DNA of 64,000 nt, taken from assembly GCA_030697205.1 (NCBI GenBank), contig JAUYQP010000052.1:27867-91866 (forward strand), written 5' to 3'. Source of the DNA: Mycobacteriales bacterium (GTDB taxonomy: Bacteria; Actinomycetota; Actinomycetes; Mycobacteriales; SCTD01). The stretch's first letter is position 1; each line of letters opens with the position of its first letter. Below the pieces are notes generated by a model. It searched no databases. It saw nothing but the letters and a program-made list of their open reading frames with translations, and was not told the origin of the DNA. A program made the translations under genes and the position numbers. Of the stretch, positions 45,482 through 54,353 are shown one piece after another.

Positions 45482-47026
45482 GTGCGCGAGGAGGTCCGGT
45501 TGGTCGCCGCAGGCCCCACGACCGCGGTGCTCCACCCCGGTGACGTCCTCGCCGGCCGCTACCGGCTCGAGGACGCGGTCGCCGACCCGCTGGAGGGCCA
45601 GCACGGCAGCGCGCTGTGGCGGGCGGTCGACGAGGTGCTCGCCCGCCCCGTCGCGGTGAAGGTGCTGCCGGCCGCGGGGCGCGCCGGTGCCACCGCGGCC
45701 GGCCCCTTCCTCGAGGCGGCGGGAGTCGCGAGCGGGCTGTCGCACCCGGGCCTGGCGCGCGTCTACGACGCCGCGATCGAGGAGCGCCGCGTGGGCCGCA
45801 CCCGTGCCGACGTGGCCTACGTCGTCAGCGAGTGGGTCGACGGTCGACCGTTGTCGGAGCTGCTCGCCGACGGCGCCCTCGAACCGCCCGAGGCGGTACG
45901 GCTGGCCGTGCAGGCCTGCGAGGCCGTCGCCGCCGCGCACGCCAGCGGGGCGGCGCACGGACGTCTGCACCTGGGCAGCCTGCGCGTCACGCCCGCGGGG
46001 CGGCTGGTCGTCACCGACACCGCCGTCGCAGCCGCAGTCGCCACCGGTGCCGTCACGGCGCTCGACCCCGAGGCCGTGGCCGCCGACACCCGCGACCTCG
46101 CCGCGATCACCTACGCCCTGCTCACGGCCCGCTGGCCCTCCGACGCGACGCCGCAGCCCGCCGAGGGGGTGCCCGCGGCGCCCGGCCGGGACCGTCGCAG
46201 CTACAGCCCCCGGCAGGTCAGGGCAGCCGTCCCGCGCGAGCTCGACGCCGTCGTCACCCGCGCGCTGCTGCCTGTCGGCGGCGCCGGGTCGGGCCCGTCC
46301 GACCCGCGGGCCCTCGCCGCGGCCCTCGCGCACTCCGTCCCCCCGGAACCGGTCGAGCCGACCCGCTCCGTGGTGACCGTAGAGTCCGGGCCACCGCAGC
46401 CGTGGCGCCGGGCCGTGCCCTGGGTCGCCTCGCTGGTGTTCGTCGCGCTGTTCGCGAGCGGCACCTACGCGCTCGGCAAAGCCGTCGGCGAGCTCCCCGC
46501 GCAGGCCGGCAGCGAGCTCGACGCGCTCGTGCAGCCGACGCCCGCGAGCCAGCCGGGAGCCACCGCCAAGCCGGTCCGGATCCCGCTGGACGCCGCAGGC
46601 GTGACCGTCCGGGACTTCGACCCGCAGGGCAGCGACGGTGGCGAGCGGCCCTCGGAGGTCGCCAACGCCACCGACACCGACGTCAGCACCGCGTGGCTCA
46701 CCTCGGTCTACAAGACCGCGTCCTTCGGTGGGCTCAAGCAGGGCGTCGGCCTGCTCGTCGACCTGGGGGTCGCGACGCCGCTGACCCGCGTCGACGTCGC
46801 GCTCACCACCGGCGGCAGTGACGTTGAGGTGCGGATCGGCTCGACCGAGCCCGACGACGCCCCCGACCTGCGCCGGGTCGCCGGCAAGGCGGACGCCCGC
46901 GGCGTCGTACGCCTGTCCGTGCCGGCCGGGACCACCGCTCGCTACCTGCTGGTGTGGATCACCAAGCTCCCCCGCGCCGGGGACGGCTTCCAGGAAGGCA
47001 TCAACGAGCTCGTCCTCGTCCGCTGA
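45482..47026 (+). CDS. Membrane pseudokinase with extracellular discoidin/carbohydrate-binding-like domain (stand-alone counterpart of the MviN C-terminal module)
   Basis: The kinase fold is present (VAVKVL Lys retained), but HRD is replaced by HGR (AAHGRLHLGSLRV) and DFG by DTA (VVTDTAVA). A TM segment AVPWVASLVFVALFASGTYALG follows. The C-terminal domain ends YLLVWITKLP..INELVLVR. Confidence 0.8.
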   Translation: MREEVRLVAAGPTTAVLHPGDVLAGRYRLEDAVADPLEGQHGSALWRAVDEVLARPVAVKVLPAAGRAGATAAGPFLEAAGVASGLSHPGLARVYDAAIEERRVGRTRADVAYVVSEWVDGRPLSELLADGALEPPEAVRLAVQACEAVAAAHASGAAHGRLHLGSLRVTPAGRLVVTDTAVAAAVATGAVTALDPEAVAADTRDLAAITYALLTARWPSDATPQPAEGVPAAPGRDRRSYSPRQVRAAVPRELDAVVTRALLPVGGAGSGPSDPRALAAALAHSVPPEPVEPTRSVVTVESGPPQPWRRAVPWVASLVFVALFASGTYALGKAVGELPAQAGSELDALVQPTPASQPGATAKPVRIPLDAAGVTVRDFDPQGSDGGERPSEVANATDTDVSTAWLTSVYKTASFGGLKQGVGLLVDLGVATPLTRVDVALTTGGSDVEVRIGSTEPDDAPDLRRVAGKADARGVVRLSVPAGTTARYLLVWITKLPRAGDGFQEGINELVLVR

Positions 47027-47103
47027 CCGCCTCCCGGTCAGGGGCCGGGCACCCAGCCGCACCTCAGACACCCCGCCCGAACCCCAGGCACACCACGCGC
47101 GCT

Positions 47104-47201
47104 CCTTGCTGCACTGCACGCCGCCCGCGTGCAGTGCACACGCTCAACACGAAAGACTCGCGTCCGTGCAGTGCACGGTGAGTGCGTGCAGTGCAGCAAG
47201 G
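47104..47201. promoter_or_regulatory. Nested inverted-repeat array: four GTGCA(G/C)TGCAC-type motifs, with a perfect 18-bp inverted repeat as the outer pair
   Basis: ccttgctgcactgcacgc (47104-47121) is the exact reverse complement of gcgtgcagtgcagcaagg (47184-47201). The inner copies of gtgcagtgcac are at 47129-47139 and 47166-47176. The array lies between the pseudokinase stop and the sigM start. Confidence 0.6.
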
Positions 47202-47285
47202 CCCGTCGGCGACGTGTGCCGACCACGTCGAGTCCACGGGGCTGACCTGCCGCGCAGCAGGCCGGCGCGGCGCTAGGTTCGCGCC

Positions 47286-47960
47286 GTGACGGAGGACGGG
47301 GGCAGCGTGCCCGACGCAGGGCCCGACGACCCGTCCGACGGGGACGCGCAGGACCGCGCGCTCGTCGCCGCGCACCTCGCGGGGGACCCGGACGCGTTCG
47401 GTCGGCTCGTCGCGCGCCACCGCGACCGGCTCTACGCCGTGGCGCTGCGCACGATGTCGGACCGCGAGGAGGCCGCGGACGCGCTGCAGGACGCGCTGCT
47501 GTCCGCCTATCGCGCCGCGGCGAGCTATCGCGGCGAGGCCCGCGTGACGACCTGGCTGCACCGCGTCGTCGTCAACGCCTGCCTCGACCGGCTCCGCCGC
47601 GCGAAGGCCCGGCCCACGACGGCGCTGCCCGAGTCCGGGCCCGGCGAGCCGGTCGACCCCGACGACCCGATCGGTCGGCGCGAGACCGCTGTCGAGATCG
47701 AGGCCGCGCTCGCGGCGCTGCCCGAGGACCAGCGGGCCGCGATCGTGCTCGTCGACGTGCAGGGCCTGCCGGTCGAGGAGGCCGCCAGGGTCCTCGGCGT
47801 CCCGACCGGCACCGTGAAGAGCCGCTGCTCGCGGGGCCGCGCGCGCCTCGCCCTCGCCCTGGGCCACCTGCGGAACCAACCCGCTGTCGTTCCCGTCCCA
47901 CCTGTGGCGAGCCCACCCGGCAGCCCGACCGACGACCGCGAAGGAGGTGGCCGCCCGTGA
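47286..47960 (+). CDS. sigM: ECF sigma factor SigM-like
   Basis: LVAAHLAGDPDAFGRLVARHRDRLYAVALRTM..DALQDALLSAY.., region 4 LPEDQRAAIVLVDVQGLPVEEAARVLGVPTGTVKSRCSRGR. It occupies the conserved position upstream of trxB-trxA. Confidence 0.88.
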   Translation: MTEDGGSVPDAGPDDPSDGDAQDRALVAAHLAGDPDAFGRLVARHRDRLYAVALRTMSDREEAADALQDALLSAYRAAASYRGEARVTTWLHRVVVNACLDRLRRAKARPTTALPESGPGEPVDPDDPIGRRETAVEIEAALAALPEDQRAAIVLVDVQGLPVEEAARVLGVPTGTVKSRCSRGRARLALALGHLRNQPAVVPVPPVASPPGSPTDDREGGGRP

Positions 47961-48931
47961 CTGCCCCGCACGACCACCTCGACCCCGAGCGCGACCTCGA
48001 CGAGATCGCCGACGTCCTGGCCGGCGAGACCGCGGCACCGGACTGCGCGACCTGCGCCGCCGTCGTGGCGGAGCTCGAGGCCGCGAGCGCGGTCGTCACC
48101 GCGGCCCTGGGCGCGCTGCCCGTGCCCGCACCGCCCGACGACCTCGCAGCCCGCATCGACGCCGCCCTGCGCGAGGCCGTCCTCGACGCAGAGCCCGACC
48201 GCGGGCTCGATTCGGCCGCTTCCGGACAGGCCACCGTGACGACGCTGCCCACGCTCGAGGGCCGCGCCCCCCGTGGACCTCGGCGCTGGCTGCCGGCGGC
48301 GGCCGCCGCGGTGGTCCTCACCGGCGGCGGCCTGCTCGCCGCCCAGACCCTGCCGCTCGGTGCGGGCGACAGCGCCGACGAGGCCGCGACCGCCATGACC
48401 GGCGCAGGCGAGGTCGGCGGGCGCGACCTGGTCCGCAACGACAGCGGCAACGCCTACACCGAGGCCAACCTCGCGAGCGCCGTACCCGGCCTACTGACCG
48501 GTCAGGTGCCGCGGCACGCGGCCCCTCCGGTCACGGCCTCCGCTCCGCTCAGCGCGCCCGGCGCGGCCACCGACAGCGGGACGACCAGCAGCGGCACGAC
48601 CGGCGGCGGGACCACCGGCGGCACGAGCGAGTCGACCGCGCGGGGCCAGGCCCAGGTGCCCGCGGCGCGGCCCGTGACGGTCGACCCGCTCGCGGCACTG
48701 CGCACGACCCCCGGCCTCGCGGCGTGCCTCGCCGCCCTGCTTCCTCCCGACGACGACAGCGTCCAACCACTCGCCCTGGACTACGGCACGTTCAGCGGCA
48801 AGCCGGCGCTGCTGGTGCTGCTGCCGGTGCCGCAGCGCAGCGACAAGGTCGACGTCTTCGTTGTGGGCGCCGGCTGCGCGCAGGCCGACGAGCAGCTGCT
48901 GTTCTTCCAACGGGTCGACCGGCCGAGCTGA
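47957..48931 (+). CDS. Anti-sigma-M-like membrane protein
   Basis: GTGA overlap with the sigM stop. The N-terminus reads ..AAPDCATCAAVVAELEAA... It has a central TM segment (WLPAAAAAVVLTGGGLLAA) and an extracytoplasmic C-terminal domain. Confidence 0.7.
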   Translation: MTAPHDHLDPERDLDEIADVLAGETAAPDCATCAAVVAELEAASAVVTAALGALPVPAPPDDLAARIDAALREAVLDAEPDRGLDSAASGQATVTTLPTLEGRAPRGPRRWLPAAAAAVVLTGGGLLAAQTLPLGAGDSADEAATAMTGAGEVGGRDLVRNDSGNAYTEANLASAVPGLLTGQVPRHAAPPVTASAPLSAPGAATDSGTTSSGTTGGGTTGGTSESTARGQAQVPAARPVTVDPLAALRTTPGLAACLAALLPPDDDSVQPLALDYGTFSGKPALLVLLPVPQRSDKVDVFVVGAGCAQADEQLLFFQRVDRPS

Positions 48932-48955
48932 CGCCTCCCGGCGTACGCCCTGGTG

Positions 48956-49489
48956 TCAGTCGACAGGGGCGGGCACCCGTCGAGGGGGCAGACACCACAG
49001 CACCGCTCCGGCGACGGAGCACAGGTAGGGCAGGAGCTTGCCGCCGAGGTCGTCGAAGGGCGACGGCGTGCCCGGCTGGGTGAGGAAGCCGAAGGCGCAG
49101 CCGACCAGGGCGTACGCGATCGAGATCGCGCGGACCCGACCGCCGAGCAGCCCGGTCCCGTCGGTGCGGGCCGCCCGGGTCGCGGCCGCGGCGACGAGCA
49201 GGCCGACGATGAGCGGGGCGAGGTAGGCGAAGTAGGGAGCCTCGACGTACTCCGAGGCCACGACACCGCCGGCCAGCGCCGCGACGGTCGCCGCGAGCGC
49301 GGCTCGGACCAGGCGCTCGCCGTCGGGCGGGAGCGGCGGCGTCGGCGGGGCGGCGAGGTCGCCGCGGCAGGCGACGCAGCCGCCGCCGGGCGAGAGCTGC
49401 GCGTCGGCGCGGCAGCGCGGCCGCGCACACACCGGGCAGCTGTCGGAGGCGGGTCGTCCGGGGTGGACGGCACAGCGTGAGGTCACCAC
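48956..49489 (-). CDS. Membrane protein with N-terminal B-box-type zinc-finger-like Cys/His cluster
   Basis: [28 protein letters not shown], followed by about four TM segments. It is divergent from trxB. Confidence 0.6.
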   Translation of the reverse strand: MVTSRCAVHPGRPASDSCPVCARPRCRADAQLSPGGGCVACRGDLAAPPTPPLPPDGERLVRAALAATVAALAGGVVASEYVEAPYFAYLAPLIVGLLVAAAATRAARTDGTGLLGGRVRAISIAYALVGCAFGFLTQPGTPSPFDDLGGKLLPYLCSVAGAVLWCLPPRRVPAPVD

Positions 49490-49597
49490 CCCAGCCTGTC
49501 ATCCCGGGTGGGGAACGCCGGTCACTACAGTCGGCGTTGCGACCAGAGGGCACCCGCAGCCCGCACCCGTCAGCCCGCACCTGTCGAAGAGGACCCC

Positions 49598-50533
49598 GTG
49601 AGCGAGACCCGCAAGAGCATCGTCGTCGGCTCCGGCCCGTCGGGCTACACCGCCGCCATCTACCTCGCCCGCGCCGGCCTGCAGCCGCTCGTCTTCGAGG
49701 GCGCTGTCACCGCCGGCGGCGCGCTGATGAACACCACCGACGTGGAGAACTTCCCGGGCTTCCCCGACGGCGTCATGGGCCCGGAGCTCATGGACATGCT
49801 GCGCAAGCAAGCCGAGCGCTTCGGTGCCGAGTTCGTCACAGACGACGCGACCGCGCTCGACCTGACCGCGACGCCGAAGCGGGTCGACGTCGGCGCCGAC
49901 TCCTACTTCGCCGACACCGTCGTGCTCGCCATGGGCAGCGCCTACCGCGAGCTCGGCGTGCCCGGCGAGAAAGAGCTGTCCGGCCACGGCGTCAGCTGGT
50001 GCGCGACCTGCGACGGCTTCTTCTTCCGCGACCAGGACATCGCCGTCGTCGGTGGCGGCGACAGCGCGCTCGAGGAGGCGACCTTCCTCACCCGCTTCGC
50101 CCGCAGCGTCACCCTCGTGCACCGCCGCGACAGCTTGCGCGCCTCGAAGATCATGCAGGAGCGGGCGTTCGCGAACGACAAGATCCGCTACGCCTGGGAC
50201 AGCGAGGTCACCTCCGCCAACGGCCACGGCAAGCTCGAGTCGGTGAGCCTGCGCAACCTCAAGACCGGCGAGGAGTCGGTGCTGCCGGTCACGGGGCTGT
50301 TCATCGCGATCGGCCACGACCCGCGCAGCGAGCTCGTCAAGGGCCAGGTCGAGCTCGACGCGGAGGGCTACGTCGTCAAGCACGACCTGCACTCGACCCG
50401 CACCAACCTCGACGGCGTCTTCGCCGCAGGCGACCTCGTCGACCACACCTACCGCCAGGCGATCACCGCTGCCGGCAGCGGGTGCGCCGCCGCTCTCGAC
50501 GCGGAGAAGTGGCTCGCCGAGCACGGCGAGTAG
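49598..50533 (+). CDS. trxB: Thioredoxin-disulfide reductase
   Basis: GTG 49598 within track ORF 49508..50533. Motifs are [15 protein letters not shown], the redox centre CATCDG, and [12 protein letters not shown]. Confidence 0.95.
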   Translation: MSETRKSIVVGSGPSGYTAAIYLARAGLQPLVFEGAVTAGGALMNTTDVENFPGFPDGVMGPELMDMLRKQAERFGAEFVTDDATALDLTATPKRVDVGADSYFADTVVLAMGSAYRELGVPGEKELSGHGVSWCATCDGFFFRDQDIAVVGGGDSALEEATFLTRFARSVTLVHRRDSLRASKIMQERAFANDKIRYAWDSEVTSANGHGKLESVSLRNLKTGEESVLPVTGLFIAIGHDPRSELVKGQVELDAEGYVVKHDLHSTRTNLDGVFAAGDLVDHTYRQAITAAGSGCAAALDAEKWLAEHGE

Positions 50534-50606
50534 CACGTCCCACCGGAACATCGCAGCCAGCCGACCTGTTCAACCCGGTACCGACCTGAACCCGAGGAGA
50601 CCCGCA

Positions 50607-50933
50607 GTGGGCGCCAACACCAAGACCGTCACGGACGCGACCTTCGCCGCCGACGTGCTGCAGAGCGACAAGCCCGTCCTCGTGGACTTCTGGGCCGAGT
50701 GGTGCGGCCCCTGCAAGATGGTCGCGCCCGTCCTCGAGGAGATCGCCGGCGAGAACGCCGACAAGATCACCGTCGCGAAGCTCAACATCGACGAGAACCC
50801 CGGTGCGGCCCGCGACTACCAGATCATGAGCATCCCGACGATGGCGGTCTTCCAGGGCGGCAAGCTCGTGAAGTCGATCGTCGGCGCGAAGCCCAAGGCC
50901 GCGATCCTGCGTGACCTCGAGTCCTTCCTCTAG
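50607..50933 (+). CDS. trxA: Thioredoxin
   Basis: 108 aa with the active site VLVDFWAEWCGPCKMVAP. Confidence 0.96.
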   Translation: MGANTKTVTDATFAADVLQSDKPVLVDFWAEWCGPCKMVAPVLEEIAGENADKITVAKLNIDENPGAARDYQIMSIPTMAVFQGGKLVKSIVGAKPKAAILRDLESFL

Positions 50934-50950
50934 CGCCTCCCGCGCTCCCC

Positions 50951-50983
50951 GGAGCCGGCCGCCCGCACGGGGTGGCCGGCTCC
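50951..50983 (+). terminator. Hairpin downstream of trxA
   Basis: ggagccggcc (50951-50960) pairs with ggccggctcc (50974-50983), a 10-bp perfect stem. Additional pairing occurs inside the loop (cccg/cggg). Confidence 0.55.
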
Positions 50984-51063
50984 TGGCGTCAGAGCCAGTG
51001 CGCCGGAGGTGCCCCGCTCTGTAGGGTTGGCCGTCCCCAGCGAACCCGTCCGAGAGGCCCCAC

Positions 51064-52182
51064 GTGTCCCCGTCCCGCCAGGTGTTCCGGCGCGGTGACG
51101 ACGGCCCGGCGGTCGCCGAGGCGCAGGCGCTGCTCACCGCCCTGGGCCTGCTCTCCGCACCAGCGGGGACGGTCTTCGACGAGGTGACCGACCGGGCGGT
51201 GCGGGAGTTCCAGCAGCGCCGCGGCCTGTCGGTCGACGGCGTCATCGGCGCCGAGACCTGGAAGGCGCTGCACGCGGCGCGCTGGTCGCTCGGCGACCGG
51301 CTGCTGTCGCACGCGACGAACATGCTGCACGGCGACGACGTCGCGACCCTGCAGGAGCGGCTGCTCGAGCTCGGCTTCGACGCGGGTCGGGTCGACGGCG
51401 TCTTCGGCTGGCGCACCGAGGCCGCTCTGAAGGGGTTCCAGCGCGAGTTCGGGCTCGTCCCCGACGGCACCTGCGGGCCGGCGACGCTCGACGCGCTTCG
51501 CAAGCTCGGCAGGCTCGTCGTCGGCGGCCGCCCGCAGGCCCTGCGCGAGACCGAGGCGCTGCACCGCTCCGGGGCCTCGCTCGCCGGCAAGGTCGTCGTC
51601 GTCGACCCCGGTCACGGCGGGGCCGATAGGGGCGCGACCGGCCACGGCCTCGAGGAGGCCGCGATCGTCCAGGACCTCGCCTCCCGGCTCGAGGGTCGGC
51701 TCGCGGCCGTGGGCGTGCGGGTCATGCTGTCGCGCGGTCCGGACCAGTGGCGGTCCGAGGCCGACCGGGCCGCCTTCGCCAACGAGGTCGACGCCGACCT
51801 GGTGCTGTCGCTGCACGTCGACCGCGCCGTCTCGGCGCGCTGCAACGGCGTCGCGGCGTACCACTTCGGGACCGGCAGCGGCGTCACCTCCACCGTTGGC
51901 GAGCAGCTCGCGTCGCTGGTGCAGCGCGAGGTCGTCGCGCGCACCGACCTGCTGGACTGCCGGGTCCACGCCAAGACCTGGGAGCTGCTGCGGCTCACCT
52001 CAATGCCCACGGTGCGGCTCGAGCTCGGTCACGTCACGCACCCGGGTGACGCGGCGCGTCTGGCCGACCCGGCCTTCCGCGACACCGTCGCCGAGGCCGT
52101 GCTCGTGGCGGTGCAGCGGCTCTACCTGCCGCCCGACCTCGACCCGACGACCGGCGTGCTGCGACTGCCCAGCTTCGCCTGA
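51064..52182 (+). CDS. cwlM: CwlM-like N-acetylmuramoyl-L-alanine amidase (two PG-binding domains + Amidase_3)
   Basis: PG_binding_1 repeats (..GLSVDGVIGAETWKAL.., ..VDGVFGWRTEAALKGFQ..). The Amidase_3 domain begins VVVDPGHGGADRGATGHGLEEAAIV. It follows trxA as in mycobacteria. Confidence 0.9.
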   Translation: MSPSRQVFRRGDDGPAVAEAQALLTALGLLSAPAGTVFDEVTDRAVREFQQRRGLSVDGVIGAETWKALHAARWSLGDRLLSHATNMLHGDDVATLQERLLELGFDAGRVDGVFGWRTEAALKGFQREFGLVPDGTCGPATLDALRKLGRLVVGGRPQALRETEALHRSGASLAGKVVVVDPGHGGADRGATGHGLEEAAIVQDLASRLEGRLAAVGVRVMLSRGPDQWRSEADRAAFANEVDADLVLSLHVDRAVSARCNGVAAYHFGTGSGVTSTVGEQLASLVQREVVARTDLLDCRVHAKTWELLRLTSMPTVRLELGHVTHPGDAARLADPAFRDTVAEAVLVAVQRLYLPPDLDPTTGVLRLPSFA

Positions 52183-52253
52183 CCCCTCAGGGCAAGCGGG
52201 ACGACGGGATCACGTCGACGCACGGCGGGTCGGCGCCTCGCAGGCAGTCGCGC

Positions 52254-53291
52254 TCAGGGACAGGTGTCGGTCACGAGCGCGGCGGCGAGGCGGGCCAGCT
52301 CACCACCCACCACGCCGGCGTCGACGGCGAGGTCCCGGTCGGCGACCACCCCCGCGGCACCCGCGGCGTCGAGGTCGGGCTGACGGCCGTCGAAGCGCGG
52401 GCCCTGGCCGTCACCGGCACCCGAGCGGTCGGAGACGGCGCGCACGGCGAGCGCGACCGGCACCCGCACCCCGCCCGGCAGCCGCTCGACGGCCCCGCAG
52501 ACCGGGCGCGACAGCACCAGCTCGATCCCGGTGCTTCCGGCGCCGAGCACCCTGACCGGGCCGTCGAAGCCGCCCACCGCGAAGGCCCGCGAGGACACCG
52601 CCACCAGCTCGCCCTCGTCACCGGAACCTGTGGACAGGACGAGGGCCACCCGCAGCGCGTCACCGTCGCGTCGGACCGACCCGACCTCGACGAGCAGGTC
52701 GTCGGCGGGGCGTGGTCGGCGGCAGGCGGCCTCGAGCAGAGCCTGCAGGCTGGTGACCTCGAGCTCGACGCGCTGCTCGCGCCCGCTGTCGGCGATGGCG
52801 GTGACCGACATGGACACCCGGCTCGTCGTGAGGTCCGGCGCCGGGCACACCGCGTCGAACGTCGCCGACAGCGAGGCTTGCGCGCCGGCCGCGACGACCT
52901 CGGGCGCGGTCACCGAGACGTCGCCCTCGAGGCCCTCGGCAGTGAGCCGCGGGTCGCGCAACCGCACCGCGCGCGGGCCGTCGTTGCGAAGCCCGACCGA
53001 CAGCGTCACCTGCCCGTCGAGAGGACCGCCGCTGCCCTCGCCGGGTCGAAGGTCCAGCGCGTCGGCCTGCCGCTGCTCGAGCCGGTGCTGCTCGACGCGG
53101 TCCGCCACCTCGGTGCCCACGGCGAGCACCAGCGCCGCCGCGACCCCACCCGCGAGGACCCTGCGGGCCCAGCGGGGCAGCTCGCGCTGCTCCTCCGGCC
53201 CCAGCTCGAGCAACTCGACGGGACGCCCGTCGACGTCGGGGCGGGTGACGGTCACCGGAGGACCAGGCGCGTCCCCCGACGACGTGGTCAT
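52254..53291 (-). CDS. Uncharacterised single-pass membrane protein, paralogue B of a tandem pair
   Basis: ATG 53291 forms an ATGA overlap with the paralogue A stop. It shares the motifs LRNDGPRAVRLRDPRLT and ACRRPRP with paralogue A. Confidence 0.6.
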   Translation of the reverse strand: MTTSSGDAPGPPVTVTRPDVDGRPVELLELGPEEQRELPRWARRVLAGGVAAALVLAVGTEVADRVEQHRLEQRQADALDLRPGEGSGGPLDGQVTLSVGLRNDGPRAVRLRDPRLTAEGLEGDVSVTAPEVVAAGAQASLSATFDAVCPAPDLTTSRVSMSVTAIADSGREQRVELEVTSLQALLEAACRRPRPADDLLVEVGSVRRDGDALRVALVLSTGSGDEGELVAVSSRAFAVGGFDGPVRVLGAGSTGIELVLSRPVCGAVERLPGGVRVPVALAVRAVSDRSGAGDGQGPRFDGRQPDLDAAGAAGVVADRDLAVDAGVVGGELARLAAALVTDTCP

Positions 53292-54304
53292 GCCGTCCGG
53301 AACAGTGGGTCGAAGCCGCACCCGCGGGCGAGCAGCCCCGCCCCGAGCCGGTTGAGCGGGGTGCGGTCGTCACCGATCCCGGTGAAGACCGTGCTGCGCC
53401 GCCCGGCACCGTCGGCGACCCGCAGCCCTAGCACCAGCAGGTAACCGCGCGGGTTGAGCCGCAGCTGCGTGCAGTCGGCGATCTCCACGACCACCGGCAC
53501 CTCGGCGACCTCGTCCCGCCCGAGCAGCGGCAGCAGCAGCGGCAGCACGGGCGCGCTCACCTTCAGTCCGCGCGCCTCGACACCGACCAGCGTGCCGCCC
53601 TGCAGGGTGTCGCGCGCGATCCCCATGGTGAACGACAACCGCCCGCCGACCAGGGCGGCGTCGCCGGCCGACAGCACCAGCGACTCGGTGACCGGCTGCC
53701 GTCGGCAGGCACCGCGCACCAGCCGGTCGAGCACGTCGCGCACGGCGACGGCGACCCGGCGCTCCCGGCCGCTCGCCGCGGCCGCCGTCAGGCCCAGCTC
53801 GCGGTCGACCTCAAGAGCGGCGAGCCCCTCCGCGGAGGCGCACGACGGGGTGACCCGAACGTCGACGCGCGCGGTCCCTCCAGGGGGGAGCGACGTACGC
53901 CGCAGCCGCGGCTCGACCCGTGACGTGACGAACCCCGGCGTGAGCGCGGCATCGCGCAGCCGCACCACCCGCGGGCCGGTGTTGCGGACCTCGAGGCCGA
54001 GGTCGAGCACCACCCCTCCCGCCTCACCGACGCCGACCTGCGACACCAGCGACGCCGACACCTCCACGACGTCGGCGAGCTGCGCCTCGCGCTCGGCGCT
54101 GCGGCGCAGGTCCGGGACGGCGGCGATCCCGGCGAGCACGAGCGCGAGCGAGACGGCCGCGAGACGGCGGGCGCCACGGTCGGTCGGCGGGGGACGGTCG
54201 GGCAGGCCGGCGAGCAGCTCGCCGACGGGCCGGCCCGCGCCGTCGAGCACGGTCACGACCGGAGCGGCCGGACCGGGCTCGTCCCTGCTCCGACGGGCCG
54301 TCAC
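53288..54304 (-). CDS. Uncharacterised single-pass membrane protein, paralogue A of a tandem pair
   Basis: 338 aa. The TM segment is LAAVSLALVLAGIAAV. Motifs are VRNTGPRVVRLRDAALT and ACRRQPV. I recognised no family. Confidence 0.6.
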   Translation of the reverse strand: MTARRSRDEPGPAAPVVTVLDGAGRPVGELLAGLPDRPPPTDRGARRLAAVSLALVLAGIAAVPDLRRSAEREAQLADVVEVSASLVSQVGVGEAGGVVLDLGLEVRNTGPRVVRLRDAALTPGFVTSRVEPRLRRTSLPPGGTARVDVRVTPSCASAEGLAALEVDRELGLTAAAASGRERRVAVAVRDVLDRLVRGACRRQPVTESLVLSAGDAALVGGRLSFTMGIARDTLQGGTLVGVEARGLKVSAPVLPLLLPLLGRDEVAEVPVVVEIADCTQLRLNPRGYLLVLGLRVADGAGRRSTVFTGIGDDRTPLNRLGAGLLARGCGFDPLFRTA

Positions 54305-54353
54305 GGTGACTGACTCTGCGGCGTACCCGTGCCCGACCGCAAGCGGGGCCTGC

